Shown here: positions 50,501-57,323 of the stretch, one piece after another | How the letters are laid out: each line of letters opens with the position of its first letter | Numbering within the stretch: the first letter of the stretch is position 1 | Source of the DNA: an uncultured Clostridia bacterium | Lineage (GTDB): Bacteria; Bacillota; Clostridia; Christensenellales; UBA1242 | Length of the DNA stretch: 64,000 nucleotides | Assembly: GCA_944383405.1 (NCBI GenBank) | Contig: CALWPL010000001.1 | Span: forward strand, 196,004-260,003 | Reading direction: 5' to 3' | The notes under the pieces: model-generated | The model's input: the letters and a program-made list of their open reading frames with translations, nothing else | Told to the model about the DNA's origin: nothing | Databases searched by the model: none | Made by a program: the position numbers and the translations under genes

Positions 50501-50986
50501 AGATTTTTCAATAATATTTGTTTTAATGGTAGAAATACATATAGTGTTTCACAGTTTAGTAATACATCTGATAATTTGACATATACTTTACACATTACAT
50601 CTACCTTTACAGTTTTAAAACAGACTTGCCCATATTCACTTGAAAACTTAGACGAAGTTATAACTATAAGCGGCACAAATTATATTGAAATAGAAGAAGC
50701 AACTAATGACTCAATACTTTATATTGATGACACAAGCTCATTTACAATTAATGATGGGGTAAATTATTCTGTTGAAATTTATAGAGTGGTTGGGACTACT
50801 TATACTTTGATAGCAACTTCATTTGAAGAATTGCCACCAGTTGTTGTTGAAAATGAGGAAGATCCTCAATATGTTGAGTACGCATTATTACTTGTTGACA
50901 CTAGCGGAAATTATCAAGATAGTTTGTATTTAAGAATTAGAAAACTATATACTCCTAGTCAAGATAATCAAACACCAAATAGTTAA
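44588..50986 (+). CDS. 2,132-aa surface (possibly lipo-)protein with a Big_2-like domain and MBG (YGX-type) / Ig-like repeats
   Basis: The signal peptide ends LLLSIICLWGC (lipobox-like, atypical W at -2). The N-terminal domain is Big_2-like (...SLIWQSQYTNVARVNNGYITCVGEGTTVITATY). MBG units include KVYGTPDDLSLITYD, KLYGSSDPEIEYDI...GNLSRESGEDVGSYTINLG...NYSLNL...EFKIEKRQV and TTYGSSNPVTISYY. There is no C-terminal TM or LPXTG. Confidence 0.85.
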   Translation: MKKLTKFISLLPILLLSIICLWGCSCSQDRLQRISLSISSEDAIYVGGNEGYVIEYTNAPIKIQVDMYPTSFSDDSLIWQSQYTNVARVNNGYITCVGEGTTVITATYRNSSQELSQRILVTITRETLPEFPQSQATSTYSGVDQKNDFKVINVPENQEEYSYQYYNLSTGQVVNEIIDVGRYRITYNRRVTQGEGEEATTEFIEYASMNVEIIPYEILINASNGSSVFGGDLQDGFFNGNISDDDLNEGIDITQGVGKDAGISIGKYIFTTTASKTSLVGTYSTGINYRLNDEFAKNYRVSYIPGTYSVTARQVILVVDDQNISYGASAALNRFKLYDYNEYVESGNRYDRINPLDNTAINYSSHISVSNYTFMQNGEMAALNAYGYLDSGAYTIGYTNPTSDNNLLIVESFFGNLTVSKRSVMITPHDNLGKVYGTPDDLSLITYDHSGIININEIIPFISIDYVSSVGSDYNLGEQNNRAPVGTYYYTINNTYNKNYTFTLDERAMSTWDDAESQIVFTVERSNIIIQFENYEGNYSYPKNNSTHVVSYYNNSDADYILKLRSFRVNNVEQIVDGVFACQGEDFENLGNFLLSTGEVFKINLNLTSIQTDHYASYQVTFDSSEFSTGSDNNFIITVLSSRIDLNKITVTVTPNASVENSHKTYDGTQNLLGQTITNFLNSFVLSDEIEDNLDIYDIIVEGTSLLSMSNESGLFVKIDEQGIETVVNSFKDCGSYKVFLNSQISYKKGMEYYDFILDNSKNYLFTIDKYQVNIIPVADQSKLYGSSDPEIEYDIDENTQLVDDNAMRTGNLSRESGEDVGSYTINLGSLSFGDNYSLNLASQVEFKIEKRQVIVEPYSYTTTYGSSNPVTISYYVNIVEAYDENILVFPQFTGDFVLTNGDNIVSKVGNYYPVAYDENNKIIDYVIKQGSFSCEDENFELIVNEESTYTINPKEITLNLIASTWEREEGVPEPGLELNYDTTSFDVVDNPIVSIKSITLTEGTGTYYISNLNNVEISITKNNIDVKNCYNISLGQNIVYYIDSQIIDFKLVYSQDLSSATAELTYTGQSMASTFRLICTTPGFEFAANANGESSSYSIVYSTSEEDNITPINVGGYNVNLVLEEDNKLILKNSQGQIIELTEFGVSQNSYIASLSQTGYLNILKAQIQYNENLLSFASSIIYGQGQESLPNIIEVQEEQPVFTGVNGEQITLRTFDNGKNYEYRTSSYPIEMLGVAASPHDITIMVQAVKDGAVDNNYLPLTINVPLSVSPKPITISSEGDSAPTITSPDGLTSVVYSGSSRYFTLNMETDDEGNNYSIAYGYILLKAQYNGSGTGLLKKYAFDGNNVSEVLENGEEVLVLVDDITTEATIDVFVQTIRGTNYVIVDNGNEIKDCYQVSSLGDVVPRNAGIYLCTAVCTSGQNYVFSYKSENMSEIEFYEFFEIEKSPNIIIDNWKTDFYYGTIFNINNPSELPFEYSMTPDFKNSVEYVVENIDQWAQVNYMLDVNNGYTITLVIDEQNYYFASEQIFNVISCEAEIYFPAVNQFVYLGENQPVTSFLNEISAVLLNENGEALERVYYIDNPNIFTFEYYNLAGDLLDTPPFEVGLYVLKAIYGSKSDSYFGEGTFEYEIAKRAYSGTVTVSDRRAPYDPTYTASELYGIMIDMFDCDAQASEYTLKIVDDNNPDIVYSANDESWVNSVNSCASAKRLRFIVSFTDGITADREVTALLTFTRIAITDDNLSPVNSIYNFYYTGYSVYKELVYNSVNLAPSGEVGTTQTVDGNDGKFSISYLENNTISLSDNIGNLIFRIRYNYYVQTNEGTDEYTLLSNPPVAPNNLQYKVEYIFEEIGTNYVRNTTIDTIEYKINKINTLYISFGNFTETYTGKDFSNSIEQGDIVVSNNASSELSNMKITLLRSPTSSTATRYSDENGVSLVMRYMKDNEYVSEINSAGTYEIVLSLLYSSSYDLSRFFNNICFNGRNTYSVSQFSNTSDNLTYTLHITSTFTVLKQTCPYSLENLDEVITISGTNYIEIEEATNDSILYIDDTSSFTINDGVNYSVEIYRVVGTTYTLIATSFEELPPVVVENEEDPQYVEYALLLVDTSGNYQDSLYLRIRKLYTPSQDNQTPNS

Positions 50987-51042
50987 AATAACTAATAATG
51001 GTTTTATAATTTAATTAGTATGAAATCCTAAAAATAGAATTT

Positions 51043-51068
51043 AAAAAGGTATATTTGTCTACCTTTTT
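51043..51068 (+). terminator. Rho-independent terminator
   Basis: AAAAAGGTA (51043-51051), loop TATTTGTC, TACCTTTTT (51060-51068). It overlaps the TTG-extended ORF-track start of the next gene, which supports the later ATG. Confidence 0.65.
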
Positions 51069-51087
51069 AAATTTATTAAGGAGTATT

Positions 51088-51765
51088 ATGAATTACATAG
51101 AAAAGATATTTAAGAACAAAAATTGTTCTTTTTCAAAATTGAAAAAATATGGATTTGAGTTTGTTAACAATAAATTTACTTTTTCTACTCCAATATGTGA
51201 TAATCAATTTACTTTATATGTTTATATTTTACCAAATGAAGAAATTTCTACAAAAATTATAGATAATAATTTTAATGAAGAATACTCCCTTCATTTAGTT
51301 GATTATGCAACTGGCGAATTTGTTGTAAGCGTTAGAAATGAATATATTAGAGTATTAGAAGATATTTCATGTAAGTGTTTTTTCAAGCAAGTGTTTAAAT
51401 CCTTGCAAGCGAAGGAAATGATAGCCTATATTAATAATAAATATAATGATAATTTGGAATTTTTATGGGAAAAATTTGATGATAACGCAATTATTCGAAG
51501 GAAGGATAATAGAAAATGGTATTGTGTATTTATGAAAATTTCACGCAAAAAGTTCGGACAAGAAAGTGATGAAATTGTAGAGATAATTAATGTTAGATGT
51601 AATACAGATATTATTCAAAGTGTTATTGATTATAAAAGTTGTTTCCCAGCATACCACATGAATAAAAAGCATTGGATAAGCATAATTTTTGATAATAGTT
51701 TGGACATTAAAAAGATTCAGAAATTTATTGATAATAGTTTTATCTTGGCAGGAATTAAAAAATAG
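51088..51765 (+). CDS. MmcQ/YjbR-family DNA-binding protein
   Basis: AAGGAG (51078-51083) precedes ATG 51088. The C-terminal block LWEKFDDNAIIRRKDNRKWYCVFMKISRKKFG...EIINVRC...FPAYHMNKKHWISIIFD is characteristic of YjbR/MmcQ. Confidence 0.8.
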   Translation: MNYIEKIFKNKNCSFSKLKKYGFEFVNNKFTFSTPICDNQFTLYVYILPNEEISTKIIDNNFNEEYSLHLVDYATGEFVVSVRNEYIRVLEDISCKCFFKQVFKSLQAKEMIAYINNKYNDNLEFLWEKFDDNAIIRRKDNRKWYCVFMKISRKKFGQESDEIVEIINVRCNTDIIQSVIDYKSCFPAYHMNKKHWISIIFDNSLDIKKIQKFIDNSFILAGIKK

Positions 51766-51865
51766 CATTTTTAATTTTATATTATTTGAAACTAATCAAA
51801 AAATGTATTCTAAAAGTGTAGGGTTTAATTTCTTATTTATTATGCAAATTTCAAAGTTTATAGGA

Positions 51866-52423
51866 TTAATCATATTTTTTTATTATTTCTATTAATTCTG
51901 GTATTTCTTTAACTCCAGAAGTTGCTCCAAAATGTCCTTTATTTTTAAGAAAAATTTCTGTTGCTCCAGTTAATTCTGAGTATAAATGGATGTGCTCTTG
52001 TTTCCATATATGGTCATTATTACTATAAATATTGTAGACATGGGATACAAGTTGTCTAAATTTTTTAAATTCTTCTTTACTAGGGATAAAAGGTTCTAAA
52101 TAACCGAATTTTTCTCCCATGCGTGCTGTTGCAACGCCTCCTGCAACAGCAATAACAAGATTACAACTTATATTGTTTTTAACAAGGTATTTTACTATAA
52201 AGTTAGTACCTAAACTATAGCATATTATTACATCTGCTGCTTTTAAAGTATTTTTTATTTTATTTGTTTCACTAAACCAAGAATCAAGTGTTATTTGATT
52301 TTTAGTTGTATATAATGGCTCGATAATATTATAGCCATTATTTTTTAAATCTTCTTTTAATTTTTGCCCAAAACTAATATCTAAACTCCCACTCATTCCG
52401 TGTATAAGTATTGCTGTTTTCAT
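51866..52423 (-). CDS. Alpha/beta hydrolase, YdeN/RBBP9-like serine hydrolase
   Basis: 185 aa. It has N-terminal ILIHGMSGS, a nucleophile elbow ICYSLGT and C-terminal KGHFG, and its size and layout resemble YdeN. RBS AAAGGGG. Confidence 0.6.
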   Translation of the reverse strand: MKTAILIHGMSGSLDISFGQKLKEDLKNNGYNIIEPLYTTKNQITLDSWFSETNKIKNTLKAADVIICYSLGTNFIVKYLVKNNISCNLVIAVAGGVATARMGEKFGYLEPFIPSKEEFKKFRQLVSHVYNIYSNNDHIWKQEHIHLYSELTGATEIFLKNKGHFGATSGVKEIPELIEIIKKYD

Positions 52424-52773
52424 ATTGTTCCCCTTTGTGTAAAATATTTTATCACATAATGCGGATTGTCGAAAATAGTTTTTAAAACATTGTTTCTTTT
52501 TGCTTTGTTCAACTTTCTTGTTTATTTTTTTAGAACTTTATTGAATTTAATTTTTTTAATGAGTTTTTTAATGTGTTGTTTGCAAAATTTTATTTTTTTA
52601 TTGCAAGGTTGTTAACTTTATAGTAAACTATAAATAGAATTAAAAATTTAGTGTTTAATTTTCAAGATAACTAATTTTGGCTATACCTAAATTTTATTTA
52701 TTTTGTGCTAGATTTATTTTTTGTTCAACTTGTGTGGTTTTAGGAAGTTTATGTTTAAAAATTAGGGGTATAT

Positions 52774-53079
52774 ATGAGAATATCAATATTGATTTCAAGC
52801 GCAGATAATATTTTAAAAGTGTTTTTAGATGATGAAAACAGAACTTTTACTATAAATTCTAAGTATATTCAAGATGTCAATTTAGATGAATTTGCAAGTA
52901 AAGTGCTTAGAATAATTTCTTCATGGGAAAGTGAATATAAAAATACAAATGTTTTTGATGCGGAACAGTTTTGTGTAAAAGTTGAAAAGGATGGAAAAGA
53001 ATATAATTATAAGGGTTTTGGAAGTTATCCAGATAACTATATTTATTTAAAAAGTTTAATTTATGGGGTGGGTAGATAA
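52774..53079 (+). CDS. Hypothetical 101-aa protein, translationally coupled to the next gene
   Basis: RBS AGGGG. No motif recognised. Its TAA stop shares one base with the ATG of the downstream gene (TAATG at 53077-53081). Confidence 0.55.
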   Translation: MRISILISSADNILKVFLDDENRTFTINSKYIQDVNLDEFASKVLRIISSWESEYKNTNVFDAEQFCVKVEKDGKEYNYKGFGSYPDNYIYLKSLIYGVGR

Positions 53080-54764
53080 TGGACAAGTTTAAGATAAATG
53101 GAGTTGATATTTTTGACCCACTAGATAAGCAAACGCTAGATAGCATTATTGAGTGTTTTATTGAATATTTTGGAGAAGAATATAGAGAAAAAATAAGCAG
53201 TAAACTTCATAATGCAACATACTTGTTTTTAGGGTCAGAAACTCCTTTTTATTCAACTTCTAATAGTGTTGTTGATTATTACAATGAAAAATTAAATAAG
53301 ATAATTAGTAGATTTAATATTGAGAACGGATTACATAAGGACTTGGCTTTCAATGTTTTTTTTGATAAAAAGATACTTAAATATGTTTCAAAAAAGGGAA
53401 AGTTAAATAAATTTAAGTTATCAGAATCTCAATCGGATAGTCTTGTTGAATTTATTGAAAGCATATTGCATTGTAGTTGTGAAAAAGATTTTAAGGGAGA
53501 TAAAGAAAAATTTTTATCCACTATACTTTCTAAACAGTCAAAAGTCATTTCTAAAAATTTAAAACTTTGCTTAAAAAAGTGGAACAAAACTTGTAAAAAA
53601 GATTACAATAGTATTTATAAAATAGGAGTTAGAACAAGAGATAAGTTTGGAATTGTTGAGAGAAAGACAAAGAAGATTGTTGATGAGTATACTAGAAAAG
53701 AGAATAAGGTTATAGAAGATTATATTATTCAAAAGACGAAAATAAATCCTAGTTCTATATCAAAAAAAGAAATGGGAAAGTATGTAGATATTTTTAAAGA
53801 TATAATTGAAAAGCCAAATGACTTTGTTACTGGTTATGATATTAAAAATAGAATGGAACTCTTAACTTTTTTAAACTTAGATAAAGATAGGTCATATAAT
53901 GAGTGCTTTAAAGATAAAGAGATTATAGATTTTTTTATTAATGACGACATTTCAAATAAACTAAAAGGGCTTAGAATAGAGTCAAAGAAGCAGGTTTTAA
54001 AAACAAGTGATTATATAAAAATTGCCGCTAAAAAGTTGAAAAAAAATAATGTTTATAATGATTCAAAATTAGAAGATAAAATTTTTGATTTTGTTGTAAA
54101 TAATCAGGGAATAAGTGGGATGTTTGAAACTAATGTGTCTTCTGACAACAAGGTTTCTAATATTTGTTTTTTGAGACAAAACCTTGATTTATGCGTTGAT
54201 ACACTTATTCATGAGATGACTCATTTGGTTTCGTCTAATACTATTATTTATAAAGATAGTGGTAATAATTTAAAGCAATACCGCAAGGTTGGGTTTTATG
54301 AATATGGGAGTAAAAATGAATATAGTTTTTTAAATGAAATTATTAATGAGTATGTTTCACAAGAAATTTGCAAGATAGTCAAGCAAAAAAACATACGAAT
54401 AGGAGAAAAAAAGTCTCGTGAATGTTTGTATTCAAAAGCATTGCCTGTTGTTGAGCCTTTTTTTAATCAACATGAACCTGAAATAAAAAAGGGTCTTATG
54501 AGTGATAATTTTTCATATTTGCAAGATAAGTTTGGAGATAATATGGAATATCTTAATAGAATAATAAAAAAGTATTATGAGACAAGCGATTGGAATGTAA
54601 TGGAAGATGCAACACGACTTAATGCTTATAAAAGTGCGGTTGTAAAAGTAAATGAAAGGATAAAAGAGCGGGATTATAATAGGCAAAACTATAATTTAGA
54701 AGATAAATTTTCTTCTAGTTTTAAAGAAAAATCTAATAACAAAGATTTAGAACAAAATTTATAG
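53079..54764 (+). CDS. Hypothetical 561-aa Lys-rich protein with an HExxH (gluzincin-like) motif
   Basis: LIHEMTHLVSS (HEMTH at 54210-54224) is followed about 40 aa later by FLNEIINEYVSQE, a possible third-ligand Glu. No signal peptide or TM. No family recognised. Confidence 0.6.
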   Translation: MDKFKINGVDIFDPLDKQTLDSIIECFIEYFGEEYREKISSKLHNATYLFLGSETPFYSTSNSVVDYYNEKLNKIISRFNIENGLHKDLAFNVFFDKKILKYVSKKGKLNKFKLSESQSDSLVEFIESILHCSCEKDFKGDKEKFLSTILSKQSKVISKNLKLCLKKWNKTCKKDYNSIYKIGVRTRDKFGIVERKTKKIVDEYTRKENKVIEDYIIQKTKINPSSISKKEMGKYVDIFKDIIEKPNDFVTGYDIKNRMELLTFLNLDKDRSYNECFKDKEIIDFFINDDISNKLKGLRIESKKQVLKTSDYIKIAAKKLKKNNVYNDSKLEDKIFDFVVNNQGISGMFETNVSSDNKVSNICFLRQNLDLCVDTLIHEMTHLVSSNTIIYKDSGNNLKQYRKVGFYEYGSKNEYSFLNEIINEYVSQEICKIVKQKNIRIGEKKSRECLYSKALPVVEPFFNQHEPEIKKGLMSDNFSYLQDKFGDNMEYLNRIIKKYYETSDWNVMEDATRLNAYKSAVVKVNERIKERDYNRQNYNLEDKFSSSFKEKSNNKDLEQNL

Positions 54765-54770
54765 ATGAAT

Positions 54771-54800
54771 AAAAGGGGACTTATTTAGTTCCTTTTTATT
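54771..54800 (+). terminator. Rho-independent terminator
   Basis: AAAAGGGGAC-TTATTTA-GTTCCTTTTT (two G-U pairs) with a T-run. Confidence 0.6.
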
Positions 54801-55012
54801 TTAAGTAAAACATATTTGTTTAAAATGTGTTTATAAAAACAAAGGTTAAGGTAATAGTTTGTAAAAATATTTTTATCAAACTAATAAAATTTGACATATC
54901 TACATATCATATATATAAAGCCTAATTAGTATTTTGGACAAGATAATATTGTTGGTCTTTTTAATATTTCTTGTTTGGATACTGATAAGAGCATATTAAA
55001 AAGGAGGAGAAA

Positions 55013-55642
55013 ATGTCAAACATTCAAACAAAAGGAAAGAGAATTATTGTTAGTTTGCTGGTTGCTATCATGATTATTACTACTGCTTACTTATTACTTG
55101 CTTGTGGAGATCCTGGAAATAACAAGCCTGTTTATGAATATACAGTAGGCAAGTACACGGTTAATTTTGGTGGAAATCAAGAAGGAGAAAGTTACGACAC
55201 TGGGGCAACTACATGGAAAAAATCTGATGAAAAAGGCTTTGACGCTGTTTTTACATTAGAAGGAACTGTTCCATATAGCAAGGTAACAGGAGATGAAGTT
55301 TACGGGGGACTTGCATACAATATTGCACTTATTAGATTTACAAGTAGTGTAGAGAAGGTTGATTATGATGAGCAAACAGAAGAAGGGTTTTATGCAATAA
55401 TTTATAAAAACTATGGGACTCCGGAACAGACTGAAAGCATAAGGCATGGCTCGTTTACTACTGCAACTGGTGAAACTTCTGATAATACTTTTTTCCTTTA
55501 TAACCAAATTGATGATACTGTAAGGACAAAAGTTGTAAAAATTAGTTTTGATGGGACAGAAGAAAATTCAGCATTATTTAAGTTCGTTATTGACCCAGAA
55601 AACTACACTCTCGCACCTGCACCAGAAGTTGCGGCAGAGTAA
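55013..55642 (+). CDS. Lipoprotein of unknown function
   Basis: RBS AGGAGGAG. The signal peptide has a lipobox: VAIMIITTAYLLLAC-GDPG. No further motif recognised. Confidence 0.7.
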   Translation: MSNIQTKGKRIIVSLLVAIMIITTAYLLLACGDPGNNKPVYEYTVGKYTVNFGGNQEGESYDTGATTWKKSDEKGFDAVFTLEGTVPYSKVTGDEVYGGLAYNIALIRFTSSVEKVDYDEQTEEGFYAIIYKNYGTPEQTESIRHGSFTTATGETSDNTFFLYNQIDDTVRTKVVKISFDGTEENSALFKFVIDPENYTLAPAPEVAAE

Positions 55643-55696
55643 AAGTAAAAATTTCTGTAGGTTTAGAAGATTTTGAAACAATTAGAATAAATTTAG

Positions 55697-55748
55697 AAAA
55701 GGAACTTCACATAATGGGTGCACCCCAAAACAGTTAAGTTCCTTTTTA
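55697..55748. terminator. Long-stem terminator hairpin between convergent genes
   Basis: AAAAGGAACTT (55697-55707) pairs with AAGTTCCTTTT (55736-55746). The loop contains the palindrome GGGTGCACCC (55716-55725). Confidence 0.7.
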
Positions 55749-55859
55749 TATTAGTTTCAAAATTGCTTGTTTAAATTACAGGAATTTTTTAATGCAAAAA
55801 TTAAGTTTAGGAAGTTTTTAGTAAAAAATTTAATTTATTTTTGTGTGCTTTATAAAAAA

Positions 55860-56339
55860 TTAATTTTTATATATTTCATCAAAATTTTCAAACCATACAA
55901 ATTTTGAAAATGATACATTTGCTGAACTTGTTGACGGAAGGTAGATGAAGTTAACCTTAGGAAAAAATTTACTTGAAATAGAAAAACTAGTTTTACCATT
56001 ACAAAAAATAGTTTTTATGTTTTCATGTTTTTTTAAAAAGTTTTCTATGTTATTAATTTTAAAATTACCTTTTTCTAATTTATTATCACTTGAGCCTATA
56101 AGATTTGTTGTTTTAACAATGTCCCAAAGGGCTATATTATGGTTAAGTAAAAATTTAATTTTACTATTTATATTATCTTCTATTTTTTCATTAAAATATT
56201 CAGATAGGACTTTCCAGAATTTATTATTTTTATTACCATAATAAAATCCTTCTTTTAAACTTTTTTCACTAGGAAAACTCCCTAAAATTAAAATTTTGCT
56301 ATTTTTATCTGAAACAGGTTTAAAACAAATTTTATTCAT
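55860..56339 (-). CDS. DNA-deoxyinosine (hypoxanthine) glycosylase, UDG superfamily
   Basis: ILILGSFPSEKSLKEGFYYGNKNNKFWKVL, LWDIV, GSSDNKL, NGKTSF, LPSTSSAN, the typical motif order of this UDG-like family. GAGG RBS. Confidence 0.8.
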   Translation of the reverse strand: MNKICFKPVSDKNSKILILGSFPSEKSLKEGFYYGNKNNKFWKVLSEYFNEKIEDNINSKIKFLLNHNIALWDIVKTTNLIGSSDNKLEKGNFKINNIENFLKKHENIKTIFCNGKTSFSISSKFFPKVNFIYLPSTSSANVSFSKFVWFENFDEIYKN

Positions 56340-56394
56340 AAAAACCTCAATTAATGTGCATAAATTTATTTAGATGAGAATTAATTTTTAAGTT

Positions 56395-56428
56395 AAAAAA
56401 CTAATGATATTTTATCACTAGTTTTTTT
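56395..56428 (-). terminator. Terminator downstream of tRNA-Arg
   Basis: AAAAAACTAATGAT-ATTTT-ATCACTAGTTTTTTT; the stem has one G-U pair and U-runs in both orientations. Confidence 0.6.
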
Positions 56429-56472
56429 AATCACAAATTAAATTTTTAAAAATATTATTTTTAATGCATCTC

Positions 56473-56549
56473 TGGTGTGCCATGGGCGATTCGAACGCTC
56501 GACCTTCTGTTCCGTAGACAGACGCTCTATCCAGCTGAGCTAATGGCAC
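56473..56549 (-). tRNA. tRNA-Arg (anticodon ACG)
   Basis: The reverse complement folds as a cloverleaf: GTGCCAT-TA-GCTC-AGCTGGATA-GAGC-G-TCTGT-CTACGGA-ACAGA-AGGTC-GAGCG-TTCGAAT-CGCCC-ATGGCAC-A-CCA. The anticodon is ACG and CCA is encoded. There is one A-C mismatch in the T-stem (50:64). Confidence 0.9.
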
Positions 56550-56622
56550 ATATTAAAAGTTTATATATTTTTATATAAGTATAAGATTTGAGCTAATTGG
56601 AATAAAACTTATACTTACATAA

Positions 56623-56651
56623 AGTATATTGTTTAATAGACAAAAAGTCAA
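56623..56651 (-). promoter_or_regulatory. Candidate sigma-A promoter for tRNA-Arg
   Basis: On the minus strand: TTGACT (56651-56646), 17 bp, TATACT (56628-56623). It lies about 70 nt upstream of the mature tRNA 5' end. Confidence 0.5.
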
Positions 56652-56873
56652 GATGTTATGGGTTTTTTATAAGTATTTTTACAAGTAATTTATTTAAAAT
56701 AATGTAATTTTATATTGGGTAAACAATTAAAGATATTTTTGATTAATCTAGCCAAAACTTATAATAAAAATTAATTGTTTTTTCTGAAATATTTATTTAT
56801 AATTTAAACAAACATTCAATATTTTGCTTAAATTTAGATATAAATACAAATTAAAATTAAAAGGAAATTACAG

Positions 56874-57323
56874 ATGAAGATATGTGTAATTAGTGATAGC
56901 CATGGAAGAAAGGATAAACTTGAAGAATTATTGTCTACTCAAAGTTTTAATTATGTATTTTTTTTAGGAGATGGATTGTCGGACATAAGGGATGTCGAGA
57001 ATCAAAATATAAAAAAAGTGTGTGGAAATTGTGATATTTTTTCTAATGAAGCCCATACACAAATAATAAACATCTTAAATTTTAAGGTAATGATAACTCA
57101 TGGGCACGATTATAAAGTAAAACTCAATACTTTTCTTTTATTAAAATTTGCAAAAGAACATGGGATAAAGTTAGTATGCTATGGACATACACATAGAAAA
57201 AGTTTGCAGGTAATTGATGGCGTTATGTTATTAAATCCCGGGGCTTTTAAGGAAGGGGAATATGCGGTAGTAGAAATAGATAATAAGGGTGGAATTGGTA
57301 TTAATTTTGAGAGTTATCGTTAA
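56874..57323 (+). CDS. YfcE/MJ0936-family metallophosphoesterase
   Basis: Motif series VISDSHG, FLGDG, GNCD, ITHGH, GHTHR, LLNPG. Confidence 0.85.
   Translation: MKICVISDSHGRKDKLEELLSTQSFNYVFFLGDGLSDIRDVENQNIKKVCGNCDIFSNEAHTQIINILNFKVMITHGHDYKVKLNTFLLLKFAKEHGIKLVCYGHTHRKSLQVIDGVMLLNPGAFKEGEYAVVEIDNKGGIGINFESYR

Noticed and set aside
51055-51087. The TTG-initiated extension of the YjbR-family ORF (MSTFLNLLRSI).
   Set aside because: The extension overlaps the upstream gene's terminator hairpin (51043-51068). AAGGAG at 51078-51083 serves the ATG at 51088.
57301-57323. A 23-nt convergent 3' overlap of the yfcE-like and degV genes.
   Set aside because: Short convergent overlaps are common in compact genomes. 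Both ORFs are full-length relative to their families, so no frameshift or fusion is implied.
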